From Candidatus Kerfeldbacteria bacterium (GTDB lineage Bacteria > Patescibacteriota > Patescibacteriia > UBA9570 > XYC2-FULL-38-9), in assembly GCA_043813585.1 (NCBI GenBank), contig JBDRKW010000006.1, positions 79,444 to 143,443 on the forward strand: DNA of 64,000 bases. Reading direction: 5' to 3'. This document shows, piece after piece, positions 28,577 through 38,592 of the stretch. A program made the position numbers and the translations under genes. A model generated the notes under the pieces. It saw nothing but the letters and a program-made list of their open reading frames with translations. It searched no databases and had not been told where the DNA came from. Within the stretch, counting starts at the first letter, position 1. Each line of letters opens with the position of its first letter.

Positions 28577-29655
28577 TGTTGTTTTTTTCTTTTGGACAAT
28601 ACAACGATAGACGAAGCCAGAATAATCATTGTTACCACAATCAATGCCAGCACCATGACTTTTGCCGTTGATTGTAAAAACAGTGAACTAATGCCGAAGA
28701 TAAGCGTAAACGCGTAAAGCATCAGGACCGTTTCGCGGTGGCTTAAGCCGATATCGATAAGACGAAGGTGCAGGTGCTTGCGGTCCGCTTCAAACGGCGA
28801 TCGTCGTTCCAGGAAAAGGCGGCGGATGATCACCCAGATGACATCCATGATCGGGATGCCGAGAATAATAATAGCAGTGGCAATCTTACCGCCGGAAATA
28901 ATGGCAAGCACACCAAGGATAAACCCGGCAAACAGCGACCCTGATTCGCCCAGAAATATCTTGGCCGGATGCCAGTTCAGGAACAGGAACCCAAGAAACG
29001 CCGCGCCTGCGAGCGCTGCAAGATATGCCGTCTCCGGCTGATACACCATCTTCGTCATGGAAAGCACGGCAATAATACCCGAACCAATCACGGCTACTCC
29101 TGAAACAAGACCGTCCAGTCCGTCCAGGAATTTTGTCGTATACATCGTGCCCATAAGCCAGACAATGGTGAATGCATCAGCGAGCAGCGTAAGCTTGTAC
29201 GGCAGGCCGTTAACAGTAAACAGTTCAAACGAATATTGATCGAGCTGAATAATACCCCCGATTGGATTGGTAATATAATCAATTCCGATGCCGGACACGA
29301 TGACGATCAGAGCAGAAATGACCGGAAAGACAACCTGTACTTTTGGCGACAAATCAAATTTATCATCAAGTACACCGCCAACCAGCAAGACTAGCGCACC
29401 GGAAATCACGCCAAATAAATGCTTTGGCAGCATATACCCCCCGACCAATGACGGCCACGCAATAAAAATACCGACAATAAACGCGGTGATTACTGCAGCG
29501 CCCCCGATCAGCGGCGTCGGCCGCTTGTGGACCTTGCGCGGATCCTTCGGCACATCAATAAAACCGAACTTGAGCGCCAGCTTGCGCGCCGCAACTGAAA
29601 AAAGCATCGACAACAGCATGGTTGCGGTAATAATGATGAGCGTTGTCGTGCTCAT
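28573..29655 (-). CDS. Polyprenyl-phosphate N-acetylhexosamine-1-phosphate transferase (MraY/WecA GT4 superfamily)
   Basis: 360 aa with about 10 TM segments. DDxxD-like motif (LDDKFDLSP), FLGESGSLFAGF, and a His-containing loop. MraY versus WecA/TagO cannot be resolved by eye. Confidence 0.65.
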   Translation of the reverse strand: MSTTTLIIITATMLLSMLFSVAARKLALKFGFIDVPKDPRKVHKRPTPLIGGAAVITAFIVGIFIAWPSLVGGYMLPKHLFGVISGALVLLVGGVLDDKFDLSPKVQVVFPVISALIVIVSGIGIDYITNPIGGIIQLDQYSFELFTVNGLPYKLTLLADAFTIVWLMGTMYTTKFLDGLDGLVSGVAVIGSGIIAVLSMTKMVYQPETAYLAALAGAAFLGFLFLNWHPAKIFLGESGSLFAGFILGVLAIISGGKIATAIIILGIPIMDVIWVIIRRLFLERRSPFEADRKHLHLRLIDIGLSHRETVLMLYAFTLIFGISSLFLQSTAKVMVLALIVVTMIILASSIVVLSKRKKQQ

Positions 29656-29672
29656 AAGGTACTGTTCGTTGG

Positions 29673-30068
29673 TTAGTCGGCCCGTTCGTCCAGAAAATTC
29701 TGCAGAAGAATTTGCGCTGCCACCTGGTCGCGCTGCTCTTTCTTCACGCCGCGCAGCAGTTTGGTGGCCATTTCCGTGGTCAGTCGTTCATCGGTCGTTT
29801 GCACCGGGACTGTAATATGGTTGCGTAACTTTTCAATAAAGCGATCTACCTCCTCGGTCATCTCCGTACGCTCACCATCCATGTTCAGCGGCATGCCGAC
29901 AACAACGGTCTCGACGCTGTCCTGGCCGACGATTTCACTTATGCGTTCTACCACCTGGTCCTGCCGATCGGCCTCAATCGTCTCCTTTAAAACTGCAACC
30001 TTTCCGTTCTCATCTGAGATGGAAAGGCCGGTTCGTTTTGTTCCGTAGTCTACTCCTAAAAATTTCAT
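29673..30068 (-). CDS. ruvX: Holliday-junction resolvase-like protein YqgF/RuvX
   Basis: 131 aa. MKFLGVDYGTKRTGLSISD is the RNase H-like YqgF N-terminus. Confidence 0.8.
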   Translation of the reverse strand: MKFLGVDYGTKRTGLSISDENGKVAVLKETIEADRQDQVVERISEIVGQDSVETVVVGMPLNMDGERTEMTEEVDRFIEKLRNHITVPVQTTDERLTTEMATKLLRGVKKEQRDQVAAQILLQNFLDERAD

Positions 30069-30070
30069 GG

Positions 30071-30823
30071 TTACGATGCGTGAGTGGTTACGATTTCCGG
30101 TTGAGCGTCTGTAATAACAATTGTATCCTCAAAATGCGCAGACAGTGTACCATCTGCAGTCCGGACCGTCCACCCGTCGTCCTCGATGATAACCTCTGAC
30201 CCGCCGATATTCACCATCGGCTCGACTGCAATCACCATTCCGGCTTTCAACGGTGCGCCCGAACCGCGCTTTCCGAAATTCGGGATGGACGGCTCTTCAT
30301 GAACCGCATGTCCGACCCCGTGGCCGACTAGCGCACGGACAACAGAATACCCTTTGGCTTCAGCAAATTGCTGGATTGCCGCGCCGATATCGCCTGTCGT
30401 TTTGCCAGGAACCATTTCCTTCAGCGCGACACGCAGCGACTCCTTCGTCGTTTCAAGCAGCGCCATGGCTTCCGGCGAAACTTCACCCACCGGCACGGTG
30501 CGCGCCATATCCGTATACAGCCCTTTGTATTTCAACCCGCAATCAACAGACAAAAGATCGCCGTTTTCCAGTATGCGATCGCCCGGGATTGCATGCACCA
30601 CCTGGTCGTTTACCGAGAGGCAGACCGCTCTGGGATACCCCCTATAATTTAAAAACGACGGTTCCCCGCCGGATTTCTTCACTGATGCGCAAAAAACCGC
30701 ATCAAGCTCATTCGTGGTAATACCGGGCCGGACAGCAGCCAACAACGCTTCAACACCGCGCGCTAAAAGCTCTCCGCCCGCGCGCAACTGCGCTATCTCA
30801 TCGGCAGTCTTAATCAATGCCAT
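30071..30823 (-). CDS. map: Methionine aminopeptidase type I
   Basis: Start refined to MALIKTADEIAQL (ATG at 30823, 1 nt after the adk stop). Pita-bread metal ligands are present (D..D..H..E..E pattern: VDCG, HGVGHAVHEEP). Confidence 0.9.
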   Translation of the reverse strand: MALIKTADEIAQLRAGGELLARGVEALLAAVRPGITTNELDAVFCASVKKSGGEPSFLNYRGYPRAVCLSVNDQVVHAIPGDRILENGDLLSVDCGLKYKGLYTDMARTVPVGEVSPEAMALLETTKESLRVALKEMVPGKTTGDIGAAIQQFAEAKGYSVVRALVGHGVGHAVHEEPSIPNFGKRGSGAPLKAGMVIAVEPMVNIGGSEVIIEDDGWTVRTADGTLSAHFEDTIVITDAQPEIVTTHAS

Positions 30824-30824
30824 A

Positions 30825-31475
30825 TTAAAACAAGCACCCCTGGACGCGCGTCCAGACCTCATCGATTGAACCAAGGCCGTCTACGCGGCACAGGATGCCC
30901 CGCTTCTCATATCGTTCAAACAGCGGCTCTGTATTCTGGTGATAAATTCCCAACCGCTTCTTTATGGATTCTGCTTGGTCGTCTTTCCGCTGGATCAGTT
31001 CTTTGCCGCAGGAATCGCAAACGCCTTCCTGCTTTGGCGGCTTGTATGCTGAATGGTAAGTAATATTGCAGTCGATGCAAACGCGCCGTTCGGAAATTCG
31101 CCGCACAGATTCCTCATCCGGTATATCAATGGCCACAACATGCGTCAGCGACGTATACGAATCAAGCGCTTCGGCCTGGGCGCCATTGCGCGGATACCCG
31201 TCTAAAATAAACCCGTTCATGCAGTCCTCTTTTTCCAGCCGCTCTTTCATCAGTTCGTTTGTGATCTCGTCCGGTACGAGTTTCCCTTTTATGACGATCG
31301 ATTCAACTTTCTTGCCCAAATCTGTGCCGCTTTTTATGGCATTGCGGAAGATATTGCCCGGAGAGATTTGCGGTATGCCCAAGACACCGCTGATCTTCTC
31401 GCCTTGCGTGCCTTTGCCGGAACCTTGCGGTCCAAACAGGCAGATTTTTTTGGCTTGTCCTTCGTCAATTGTCAT
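30825..31475 (-). CDS. adk: Adenylate kinase with zinc-binding lid
   Basis: 216 aa. P-loop GPQGSGKGTQ and LID domain CIDC...CDSC. Confidence 0.9.
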   Translation of the reverse strand: MTIDEGQAKKICLFGPQGSGKGTQGEKISGVLGIPQISPGNIFRNAIKSGTDLGKKVESIVIKGKLVPDEITNELMKERLEKEDCMNGFILDGYPRNGAQAEALDSYTSLTHVVAIDIPDEESVRRISERRVCIDCNITYHSAYKPPKQEGVCDSCGKELIQRKDDQAESIKKRLGIYHQNTEPLFERYEKRGILCRVDGLGSIDEVWTRVQGCLF

Positions 31476-31478
31476 ACG

Positions 31479-32753
31479 CTAGAACTTATCGTAATCTCTT
31501 AACAGAAGCTGGGCTTCTATCTGTTTAACGGTTTCAATGGCAACCGACACGACAATCAGCAAACTGGTGCCGCCGATGGCAAGATTTTGGAGCGATCCGG
31601 ACGAAAACGCCTGCAGAATGAGCGGCAACACGGCAATGGTGCCAAGAAACAGCGCCCCGGTGAGCAAAATTCGGTTCGAGGTTTGCTTCAGGTAGCCGGA
31701 CGTGTCCTTGCCGGGACGAACGCCGGGGATAAAACTGCCGCCGCGCTGCAAATTTTCCGCAATACGATCCGGGTGGAACACAACAGAAGTATAAAAATAC
31801 GCAAATATAAATACCAGTAAAAAGTAAACGATTCCGTAGATCAGCTGGTTGTTGAATGAATCAATAATAAACTGCATCGGTCCGTTCAGCCAGGCAATAT
31901 TCATCTGCAAGGCATACTGCGCAACAAGCGGCGGGCCAATAACGAGCGAAATCGCGAAGATAATTGGGATAACGCCGGCCTGGTTCACGCGGATCGGCAA
32001 AAAACTCTTCTGCCCTTCTGATGCATGGTGCCGCGCGTGGGAGATTGGTATATTGCGCTGCCCTTCCGTAATAAACACAACGCCGATAATCGTCACAAAC
32101 GCGATCCCCAAAAAGCCGAGCAATGAAGGGATTTGCGATGAATCAAACGTGACGAAAATCTGCTGCAGACCGGACGGGAGGCCGGCGACAATGCCGGCAA
32201 AGATAATAAGCGAAACGCCGTTGCCGATATTCTTTTCTGTAATCAATTCACCGAGCCACATCAGGAAGACAGAACCGGCAGTGACAACTGCAACAGCGAC
32301 GACCCAGTCCCACGTCGTCATGCCTGCAGACAAAATCTGCTGTCCGGATGCATTCTGCAATAATGTAATGGTGGCATACCCCTGCGCTGCTGCGAGCGGA
32401 ACAGCGAGCATGCGCGTCCAGTTGTTGATCTTCGCCTGTCCGGACGCACCTTCCTTCTGCATCTCTTCGAGTTTCGGGATAATCATCTGAAGCAGCTGGA
32501 AGATAATGGATGCGGTGATGTACGGACCGACGCCAAGCATCACGATGGAAAAATTCTCCAGCGCGCCGCCTGAAAAAATATTCAACAGTCCGAGAACCTG
32601 GTTCTGTGAAAAGAGATTCTCCAGCGCGAGCGTATCGACACCCGGAATCGGGATATGCGCGGCAAACCGGAAAATCAGCATTATGAGCGCCACAAAAATG
32701 ATCTTTTTGCGGAGATCTTTCGCGTTCCAGATTTGCTTTATTTTATTGAACAT
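31479..32753 (-). CDS. secY: Preprotein translocase subunit SecY
   Basis: 424 aa, 10 TM. Conserved SecY stretches (GISIIIFAG-like IFAGIVAGLP, plug region). Confidence 0.9.
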   Translation of the reverse strand: MFNKIKQIWNAKDLRKKIIFVALIMLIFRFAAHIPIPGVDTLALENLFSQNQVLGLLNIFSGGALENFSIVMLGVGPYITASIIFQLLQMIIPKLEEMQKEGASGQAKINNWTRMLAVPLAAAQGYATITLLQNASGQQILSAGMTTWDWVVAVAVVTAGSVFLMWLGELITEKNIGNGVSLIIFAGIVAGLPSGLQQIFVTFDSSQIPSLLGFLGIAFVTIIGVVFITEGQRNIPISHARHHASEGQKSFLPIRVNQAGVIPIIFAISLVIGPPLVAQYALQMNIAWLNGPMQFIIDSFNNQLIYGIVYFLLVFIFAYFYTSVVFHPDRIAENLQRGGSFIPGVRPGKDTSGYLKQTSNRILLTGALFLGTIAVLPLILQAFSSGSLQNLAIGGTSLLIVVSVAIETVKQIEAQLLLRDYDKF

Positions 32754-32775
32754 ACCCTCTCCTCTCTAGGATAAA

Positions 32776-33273
32776 CTATTTTGCTTCTTTCGTCTTTATG
32801 TTCTTCACGCTGCCTTCTTTTTTCGGCCGTTTCTGTATGGAGACAGGTTCAAATGTGCCCCCGGCTTTCGTAATGGCCTCTTTTGCCGTTTTTGACGCAG
32901 CATGCACCTTTACGGTCAGTTTCTTCGTCAACGTTCCGGTTCCCAGTATCTTCACCGGCTGGTACAAAGAACGCATTAAACCCTTTTCGACTAACTCTTT
33001 TGCCGTAACCGTGTCGCCGCTTTCAAACGCCTTTTCCAGATCAGAACAATTGACCGCCTTATTTGCCGGACGTCCGGATTTAAAACCGCGCACCTTTGGC
33101 GTTGCCAGCATGCTCTGCTTCAGTCCCTTCAATTTCAAACCGCCCTTTCCGCCGGAACGGGAACGCTGGCCTTTCATTCCGCGGCCGGAATAGTTGCCTT
33201 TTGAAGCGTTGCCGCGTCCGATGCGTTTCTTTTTTTTGCCTTTGGATTGTGGCAGTGTATCTAATCTCAGCAT
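32776..33273 (-). CDS. rplO: 50S ribosomal protein L15
   Basis: 165 aa. N-terminus KKKKRIGRGNASKGNYSGRGMKGQRSRSGG. It directly follows rpsE with no L30 gene between them. Confidence 0.9.
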   Translation of the reverse strand: MLRLDTLPQSKGKKKKRIGRGNASKGNYSGRGMKGQRSRSGGKGGLKLKGLKQSMLATPKVRGFKSGRPANKAVNCSDLEKAFESGDTVTAKELVEKGLMRSLYQPVKILGTGTLTKKLTVKVHAASKTAKEAITKAGGTFEPVSIQKRPKKEGSVKNIKTKEAK

Positions 33274-33274
33274 A

Positions 33275-33970
33275 TTATTCTTTTATCTTTTTGATATCCT
33301 CTGCTGTGCGAAGCGAACTCAGCGCATTCATGACGGACGTAACATTGTTCACTTTATTGCTCGAACCTTTGATCTTTGCAACAATATTTTTCACGCCGGC
33401 CATCTCCATAACAATACGAACCGGACCGCCCGCGATAATTCCCGTACCGGCTTTTGCCGGTTTGAGCATAACGCGGGAAGCTTTGAACTTTATTTCTACT
33501 TTATGCGGAATAGTGCCTTCCACGACCGGAACCGTCATCAGGTGCTTCTTGGCGTAGTCAGTTGCTTTCTGAACCGCCAACTGTACGTCTGCGCCTTTTT
33601 TCACGCCCATGCCGATGCGGCCTTTCTTATCGCCAACCAATACACACGCGCGGAAACGCATGCGCTTTCCGCCGGCCATCACGCGCGTAACGCGCGCCAG
33701 GTCGATAATCTTTGAATCAAACTCATCCTGCGGTTTATTGTCCCTTCGACGGCCGCGTCCTTTGCCGCGTCCTTTTCGCGGATCACCAAAAGACTTACGG
33801 TCTCCCCTGTTCGAACCTCCGCCTCGTCCACCTTTGTTGCGGTTGCTGATTGCCGGTTTGGCTACTTCCTGCTTCGGAGCCTCTTCAGTCTTTGGAACTT
33901 CCGGCTTCGGAGCCGTATCTTCCTTGGCCACGGGCTCCTTTTTCGTTTTATCTGTTGTGTCTTCTGGCAT
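33275..33970 (-). CDS. rpsE: 30S ribosomal protein S5 with basic N-terminal extension
   Basis: 231 aa. S5 core (DLARVTRVMAGGKRMRFRACVLVGD...) preceded by ~70 aa of Lys/Gly/Arg-rich sequence. Confidence 0.9.
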   Translation of the reverse strand: MPEDTTDKTKKEPVAKEDTAPKPEVPKTEEAPKQEVAKPAISNRNKGGRGGGSNRGDRKSFGDPRKGRGKGRGRRRDNKPQDEFDSKIIDLARVTRVMAGGKRMRFRACVLVGDKKGRIGMGVKKGADVQLAVQKATDYAKKHLMTVPVVEGTIPHKVEIKFKASRVMLKPAKAGTGIIAGGPVRIVMEMAGVKNIVAKIKGSSNKVNNVTSVMNALSSLRTAEDIKKIKE

Positions 33971-33980
33971 ATCCGTTTAA

Positions 33981-34328
33981 TTAGAATTTCAACCCGGCTT
34001 CGCGCGCGCCTTCTGCAAGCGCTTTTACGCGGCCATGATACTTAAACGCTCCGCGGTCGAAAATGACCGCTTCAATTCCCTTGCTCTTTGCTGCTTCTGC
34101 AATGCGCTTGCCGACCTCTGTAGCAACCTCAATCTTTGTGCCTTTCAGTTCGCGGTCATCGGCAAATGCAAGCGTTTGAGATGTATCGTCATTAATAAGC
34201 TGTGCAGCAATGCGGCGCAACGACCGATTGACGCAAAGACGCGGCCGTTCTGCAGTCCCTGACATCCGTGCCCGCGTTCGATGAGCGCGCCGGCCTTTCT
34301 GATTCAATTTTTGTCGATCTTTATTCAT
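33981..34328 (-). CDS. rplR: 50S ribosomal protein L18
   Basis: 115 aa. L18 signature [20 protein letters not shown]. Confidence 0.9.
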   Translation of the reverse strand: MNKDRQKLNQKGRRAHRTRARMSGTAERPRLCVNRSLRRIAAQLINDDTSQTLAFADDRELKGTKIEVATEVGKRIAEAAKSKGIEAVIFDRGAFKYHGRVKALAEGAREAGLKF

Positions 34329-34345
34329 ATCTGTAATGTGTTATC

Positions 34346-34897
34346 TTATGCGCCCTCTGCACCAGCAGCCTGCTTCCCGGCTTTTCGGATAATCTGTTCG
34401 TCAACATACTTAATGCCGCTTCCTTTATACGGCTCTGGTTTGCGGACTTTTTTGATATTCGCCGCAACCTTCCCTACCAACTGTTTATTAATACCGGCAA
34501 CCGTTAAGACGTTGTCTTCAACGCTGGCTTCCAGGCCGTCCGGCAGCTGCATATCCACAGTATGGGAAAACCCGGCCTTAATCGTGAGCTTTTTTCCGGA
34601 TACCTGCCAGCCGTAGCCAACGCCTGTAATTTCCAGTTTCTTTTCGTATCCTTCTGTAACGCCGATAATCATATTGCTAATCAGTGATGCGAACGTCCCC
34701 CACATTGCCCGCTCTTCCTTCAGGTTTTCGTTCTTTACTGTAACGGTAATGACATTGTCAGCAATATTCACATGTATAAACGGATGCAGCGTTTCGGTTA
34801 ATTCGCCTTTCGGACCTTTAACCATAACCGAACCGTCCTTCACCTCAACAGTGACGTTCTCCGGGATCTCAATTGGTTTCTTGCCTATTCTGGACAT
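34346..34897 (-). CDS. rplF: 50S ribosomal protein L6
   Basis: 183 aa. MSRIGKKPIEIPENVTVEV. Confidence 0.9.
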   Translation of the reverse strand: MSRIGKKPIEIPENVTVEVKDGSVMVKGPKGELTETLHPFIHVNIADNVITVTVKNENLKEERAMWGTFASLISNMIIGVTEGYEKKLEITGVGYGWQVSGKKLTIKAGFSHTVDMQLPDGLEASVEDNVLTVAGINKQLVGKVAANIKKVRKPEPYKGSGIKYVDEQIIRKAGKQAAGAEGA

Positions 34898-34901
34898 ACG
34901 C

Positions 34902-35291
34902 TTAGAATACTTCGCAAATTACCTCTCCGCCGAGCTTCTCGCCACGCGCCTTATTATTCGTCATTAATCCCTGCGACGTTGAAATAATCGCAATACCGAG
35001 GTTATCGAATACATACGGAAGCTTTTTCGCACCGACATAGACGCGGCGTCCCGGTTTGCTGACGCGGCGTATCGTCTGGATAGCCGGCTCGTTCACAGCA
35101 TACTTCAGTACAACCTTAATCTGCGGCCTGCCGATGCCATCTTCCTTTTCTGCTGATACGATATATCCTTCCTCTGCGAGAATATCTGCCAGCTGGTGCT
35201 TCATCTTAGAATACGGAATAAGGACCTCGCTCTTGTGAGCGTCCTGCGAGTTGCGTATTCGCGTAAGCATGTCTGAAATTGGGTCTGTCAT
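34902..35291 (-). CDS. rpsH: 30S ribosomal protein S8
   Basis: 129 aa. MTDPISDMLTRIRN. Confidence 0.9.
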   Translation of the reverse strand: MTDPISDMLTRIRNSQDAHKSEVLIPYSKMKHQLADILAEEGYIVSAEKEDGIGRPQIKVVLKYAVNEPAIQTIRRVSKPGRRVYVGAKKLPYVFDNLGIAIISTSQGLMTNNKARGEKLGGEVICEVF

Positions 35292-35299
35292 ATGTTCAC

Positions 35300-35494
35300 T
35301 TACCAGCTTGATTTTTTAACACCGGGTATTTCGCCTTTTGCCGCCAATTCCCTGAAACAGATGCGGCACAGGTCAAACTTCCTCATATACCCATGGCGCC
35401 GTCCGCATTTCCAGCAACGGCGAACAATCCGCGTGGAAAACTTCGGGTTAACCAGTGATCTCTTCGATTTGATGATTTGTGATGTCTTCGCCAT
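35300..35494 (-). CDS. rpsZ: 30S ribosomal protein S14 type Z (zinc-binding)
   Basis: 64 aa with [24 protein letters not shown]4 motif. Confidence 0.85.
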   Translation of the reverse strand: MAKTSQIIKSKRSLVNPKFSTRIVRRCWKCGRRHGYMRKFDLCRICFRELAAKGEIPGVKKSSW

Positions 35495-35500
35495 AGGTTC

Positions 35501-36052
35501 TTATGCTTGTTGTATCTTTTCAAATGGGAAACCAAGCTGCTCCAGCAGCGCTTTCCCCTGCTCATTGCTCGTTGCAGTCGTTACAATATTGACTTCCAGG
35601 CCGACCAGCTTCTCGACTTCGTCAGATGAAATTTCCGGGAATACGATATGCTCCTGGAAGCCGATGGAATAATTGCCTTTCCCGTCAAACCCTTTCGGCG
35701 ACAAACCGCGGAAGTCGCGGACGCGCGGAAGGGCAACGTTAATGAGCTTATCGATAAATGCGTACATCCGTTCTCCGCGGAGCGTAACTTTCGCTCCCAC
35801 AACCATACCCTGGCGAACTTTAAAGTTCGAGATGGACTTTTTGGCGCGGGTCTTCACCGGCTTCTGGCCTGTAATGCGCTCCACGACGCTGACCGCTTCG
35901 TCGACATACGCCGCATCCTGAATCGACTTGCCAAGACCGACGTTCAACACAACCTTTTCCATGCGCGGAACGGACATCTGGCTCTTCAGCTGAAACTGTT
36001 CCTTCAGCTTTGGAGTAATTTCTTTCCTGTATTTTTCTTCAAGTCGATTCAT
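35501..36052 (-). CDS. rplE: 50S ribosomal protein L5
   Basis: 183 aa. MNRLEEKYRKEITPKL. Confidence 0.9.
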   Translation of the reverse strand: MNRLEEKYRKEITPKLKEQFQLKSQMSVPRMEKVVLNVGLGKSIQDAAYVDEAVSVVERITGQKPVKTRAKKSISNFKVRQGMVVGAKVTLRGERMYAFIDKLINVALPRVRDFRGLSPKGFDGKGNYSIGFQEHIVFPEISSDEVEKLVGLEVNIVTTATSNEQGKALLEQLGFPFEKIQQA

Positions 36053-36057
36053 AGTTT

Positions 36058-36402
36058 TTAGCTAAAGCTTTCATTACATTTCTTACACGCACGGCTCTTC
36101 TGCTCCTTGCCGTCTTCGCCTTTCGTTATTGCATATCCAATGCGTGTCGGCTTGTTGCATTTTGGACAGACCAATGCGACATTTGCTGCGGGAATCGGGC
36201 CGAAAAATTCGATGCGCTGTCCTTTTTCGTCTTTCTTTCCGGACTTCAGATGTTTCACCAGCTGATTGACGCCGTCAACAACAACCTTATTCATAGATGG
36301 CAGCACCTGTGAAACCGTTCCGGTTTTTCCGGAGTCCTTGCCCTTCAACACCTTAACAGTGTCGCCGGATTTGATCCTGATTTTTGACTGTTGCGTTGTC
36401 AT
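36058..36402 (-). CDS. rplX: 50S ribosomal protein L24 with C-terminal C4 zinc-ribbon extension
   Basis: 114 aa. KOW domain (IKSGDTVKVLKGKDSGKTGTV) then CPKCNKPT...CKKCNESFS. Confidence 0.85.
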   Translation of the reverse strand: MTTQQSKIRIKSGDTVKVLKGKDSGKTGTVSQVLPSMNKVVVDGVNQLVKHLKSGKKDEKGQRIEFFGPIPAANVALVCPKCNKPTRIGYAITKGEDGKEQKSRACKKCNESFS

Positions 36403-36404
36403 AA

Positions 36405-36773
36405 TTACAATACTTCAGGTGCTAATGATGCAATCTTATTATATCCGCGCTGCTTCACCTCGCGGGCAATCGGACCGAAAATGCGGGTGCCCTTCGGGAT
36501 GCCGTCTTTCTCGATCAACACGCAGGCGTTCTCGTCAAAACGGATATAGATGCCGTTCTTCCGGCGCATCTCTTTGCGCTGGCGGACAATGACCGCTTCG
36601 TGCACTTCACCTTTCTTTACCATGCCGTGCGGCTGTGCCTGTTTCACTGTAATCTTGATGATGTCGCCGATCCGCGCATACCGTGGACGGTTGCCCCCGA
36701 GTACCTTAATACACTGGACCACCTGTGCTCCGCTATTGTCTGCTACTTTCAATCTTGTTCCTTGCTGAATCAT
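36405..36773 (-). CDS. rplN: 50S ribosomal protein L14
   Basis: 122 aa. [16 protein letters not shown]. Confidence 0.9.
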   Translation of the reverse strand: MIQQGTRLKVADNSGAQVVQCIKVLGGNRPRYARIGDIIKITVKQAQPHGMVKKGEVHEAVIVRQRKEMRRKNGIYIRFDENACVLIEKDGIPKGTRIFGPIAREVKQRGYNKIASLAPEVL

Positions 36774-36788
36774 ATCTTCGTAATCAAT

Positions 36789-37061
36789 TTATGCTTCTTG
36801 CGTTGGATACACGACGCGCCACCGCTTCTTTTTGCTATACGGGCGGCACTCGATAAAGTCAACCGTATCGCCTTCCTTGAACTGGTTTTTCTCGTCATGC
36901 ACATGGAACTTCTGGGTCCGCTTATACAATTTGCTATACAACTTGTGCCGAAGCGTCCGTCCTACCTCCACCACGATGGTTTTGTCGGGTTTATCTGAAA
37001 CGACTGTGCCGGTGAAGCGGCGTCGCATGACTTGTGTGGATTGTTCGTTCTTTTCTGCCAT
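36789..37061 (-). CDS. rpsQ: 30S ribosomal protein S17
   Basis: 90 aa. RRFTGTVVSDKPDKTIVVEV. Confidence 0.9.
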   Translation of the reverse strand: MAEKNEQSTQVMRRRFTGTVVSDKPDKTIVVEVGRTLRHKLYSKLYKRTQKFHVHDEKNQFKEGDTVDFIECRPYSKKKRWRVVYPTQEA

Positions 37062-37067
37062 AGGTGT

Positions 37068-37259
37068 TTATGATTTCTTCGGTTGGTTCAATAAGGTGCT
37101 GATGCGGCTGATATCTTTGCGCACCGTGCGGATCTTGCGGACATTTTTCAACTGCATGTTCGCTGCCTGGAACCGGAGATCGCGTAGCTCATTCTTCAAG
37201 TCAGAACGCATCTGCTTCAATTCTTCTTCTGTTTTCTTTTTCAGGTCGTGTATTTCCAT
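37068..37259 (-). CDS. rpmC: 50S ribosomal protein L29
   Basis: Start refined to the internal Met at 37259 (MEIHDLKKKTEEELKQMRSDLKNELRDLRFQ..., 63 aa). The upstream 61 aa of the track ORF overlap rplP and look non-coding. Confidence 0.8.
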   Translation of the reverse strand: MEIHDLKKKTEEELKQMRSDLKNELRDLRFQAANMQLKNVRKIRTVRKDISRISTLLNQPKKS

Positions 37260-37269
37260 ATCCGTATGC

Positions 37270-37683
37270 TTAGTCTTTTGCAATAAAGCGGGTCCGTACC
37301 GGCAGCTTGTGTGCCGCAAGGCGCAACGCTTCGCGCGCGCCCTCTTCTGAAACGCCAGAAATTTCAAACAGAATCGTGCCCGGATTGATAACAGCAACAT
37401 AATGATCCACTGCGCCTTTGCCGCCGCCCATGCGGATTTCACCGCCTTTGAGGGTCACCGGACGCTGCGTGAATATGCGGATCCAAATCTTGCCGCCGCG
37501 CTGGACAAACCTCGTCATTGCACGGCGCGCTGCTTCCAGCTGACGAGCGGTAATCCATGATGCATCCAATGACTTCAATGCATATTCGCCAAAAGCAATA
37601 TCTGTCTTACGCGAAGCCACCCGATCGTTGCGGACCGGCTTATTATGCCATTTTCGGTGCTTAACTTTCTTGGGGATCATCAT
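37270..37683 (-). CDS. rplP: 50S ribosomal protein L16
   Basis: 137 aa. [14 protein letters not shown]. Confidence 0.9.
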   Translation of the reverse strand: MMIPKKVKHRKWHNKPVRNDRVASRKTDIAFGEYALKSLDASWITARQLEAARRAMTRFVQRGGKIWIRIFTQRPVTLKGGEIRMGGGKGAVDHYVAVINPGTILFEISGVSEEGAREALRLAAHKLPVRTRFIAKD

Positions 37684-37696
37684 ATGTTTCTATCTT

Positions 37697-38572
37697 CTAC
37701 TTCTCGGCGATTATTTTCTTAGCCGGCGCCTTCTTTGCTTCAGGTTTCTTCGCTTCAGGTTTCTTTGCTTCAGGTTTTTCGGCTTGTGCTTTCGGTTCCA
37801 CTGCGCCTGACTCTTCCTTAATATCCTGCTTCTTTCTTAAAATAGTTTTCTTGCCGCCGGTCTGAATGCGCTTTTTGCGCGGTTTGCGCGCCGGTCGGCG
37901 CTTTGGACGCTTCTGCTGTTCATCTTCCATATCGCCAAACACTTCGCCCTTATACACCCACACCTTGATGCCGATTACGCCGTACACCGTGCGGGCAATC
38001 CCGCGGCTGTAGTCAATGTCTGCACGGAGCGTATGGAGCGGCAGCTGGCCGTTAACAATCGTTTCTGTACGTGCGATCTCAGCGCCGTTCAAACGGCCTG
38101 CCACAGAGATGCGGCAACCCTTGGCGTTTGCACGGATCACCTGCTCCATCGCGCGTTTGATTGCGCGGCGGAACGGTACGCGTGCTTCAAGCTGGTCGCG
38201 AATCATCTGTACAATCAACTCTGCATTCAAATCCGGATCGCGAACTTCCTGGATATTTACCGTAACTCTCATCTTTTCGCTGCCGAAAAATTTACGCTTG
38301 ATCTCTTTCTTCGTCTCTTCGATTAATGACCCGCCGCGTCCGATAACAACGCCAGGCTTTGAGGTATAGACTGTAATAATAGTCTCTGCGACAGACCGTT
38401 CAATTTCGATACGGGCAATGCCACCATCGCGGAAACGCGTCCGAAGCAGTTTGCGGATCTCAACATCGTTCTTGAAATTCTTGATATAGTCCTTTCTTGT
38501 CGCAAACCAACGAGACGGCCCCGTATACGTGGTCGTTTGTCTGAATGATCGTGGATTAACCTTTTGGCCCAT
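37697..38572 (-). CDS. rpsC: 30S ribosomal protein S3 with KPEAK-repeat C-terminal extension
   Basis: 291 aa. KH and S3-C domains. The tail is KPEAKKPEAKKPEAKKAPAKK. Confidence 0.9.
   Translation of the reverse strand: MGQKVNPRSFRQTTTYTGPSRWFATRKDYIKNFKNDVEIRKLLRTRFRDGGIARIEIERSVAETIITVYTSKPGVVIGRGGSLIEETKKEIKRKFFGSEKMRVTVNIQEVRDPDLNAELIVQMIRDQLEARVPFRRAIKRAMEQVIRANAKGCRISVAGRLNGAEIARTETIVNGQLPLHTLRADIDYSRGIARTVYGVIGIKVWVYKGEVFGDMEDEQQKRPKRRPARKPRKKRIQTGGKKTILRKKQDIKEESGAVEPKAQAEKPEAKKPEAKKPEAKKAPAKKIIAEK
37731..37790. repeat. 15-nt tandem repeat (about 3.5 copies) encoding the S3 KPEAK tail
   Basis: TTCTTTGCTTCAGGT repeated at 37731, 37746 and 37761, plus a degenerate fourth copy. Confidence 0.6.
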
Positions 38573-38592
38573 AATTCTTCAACAGTTGATTA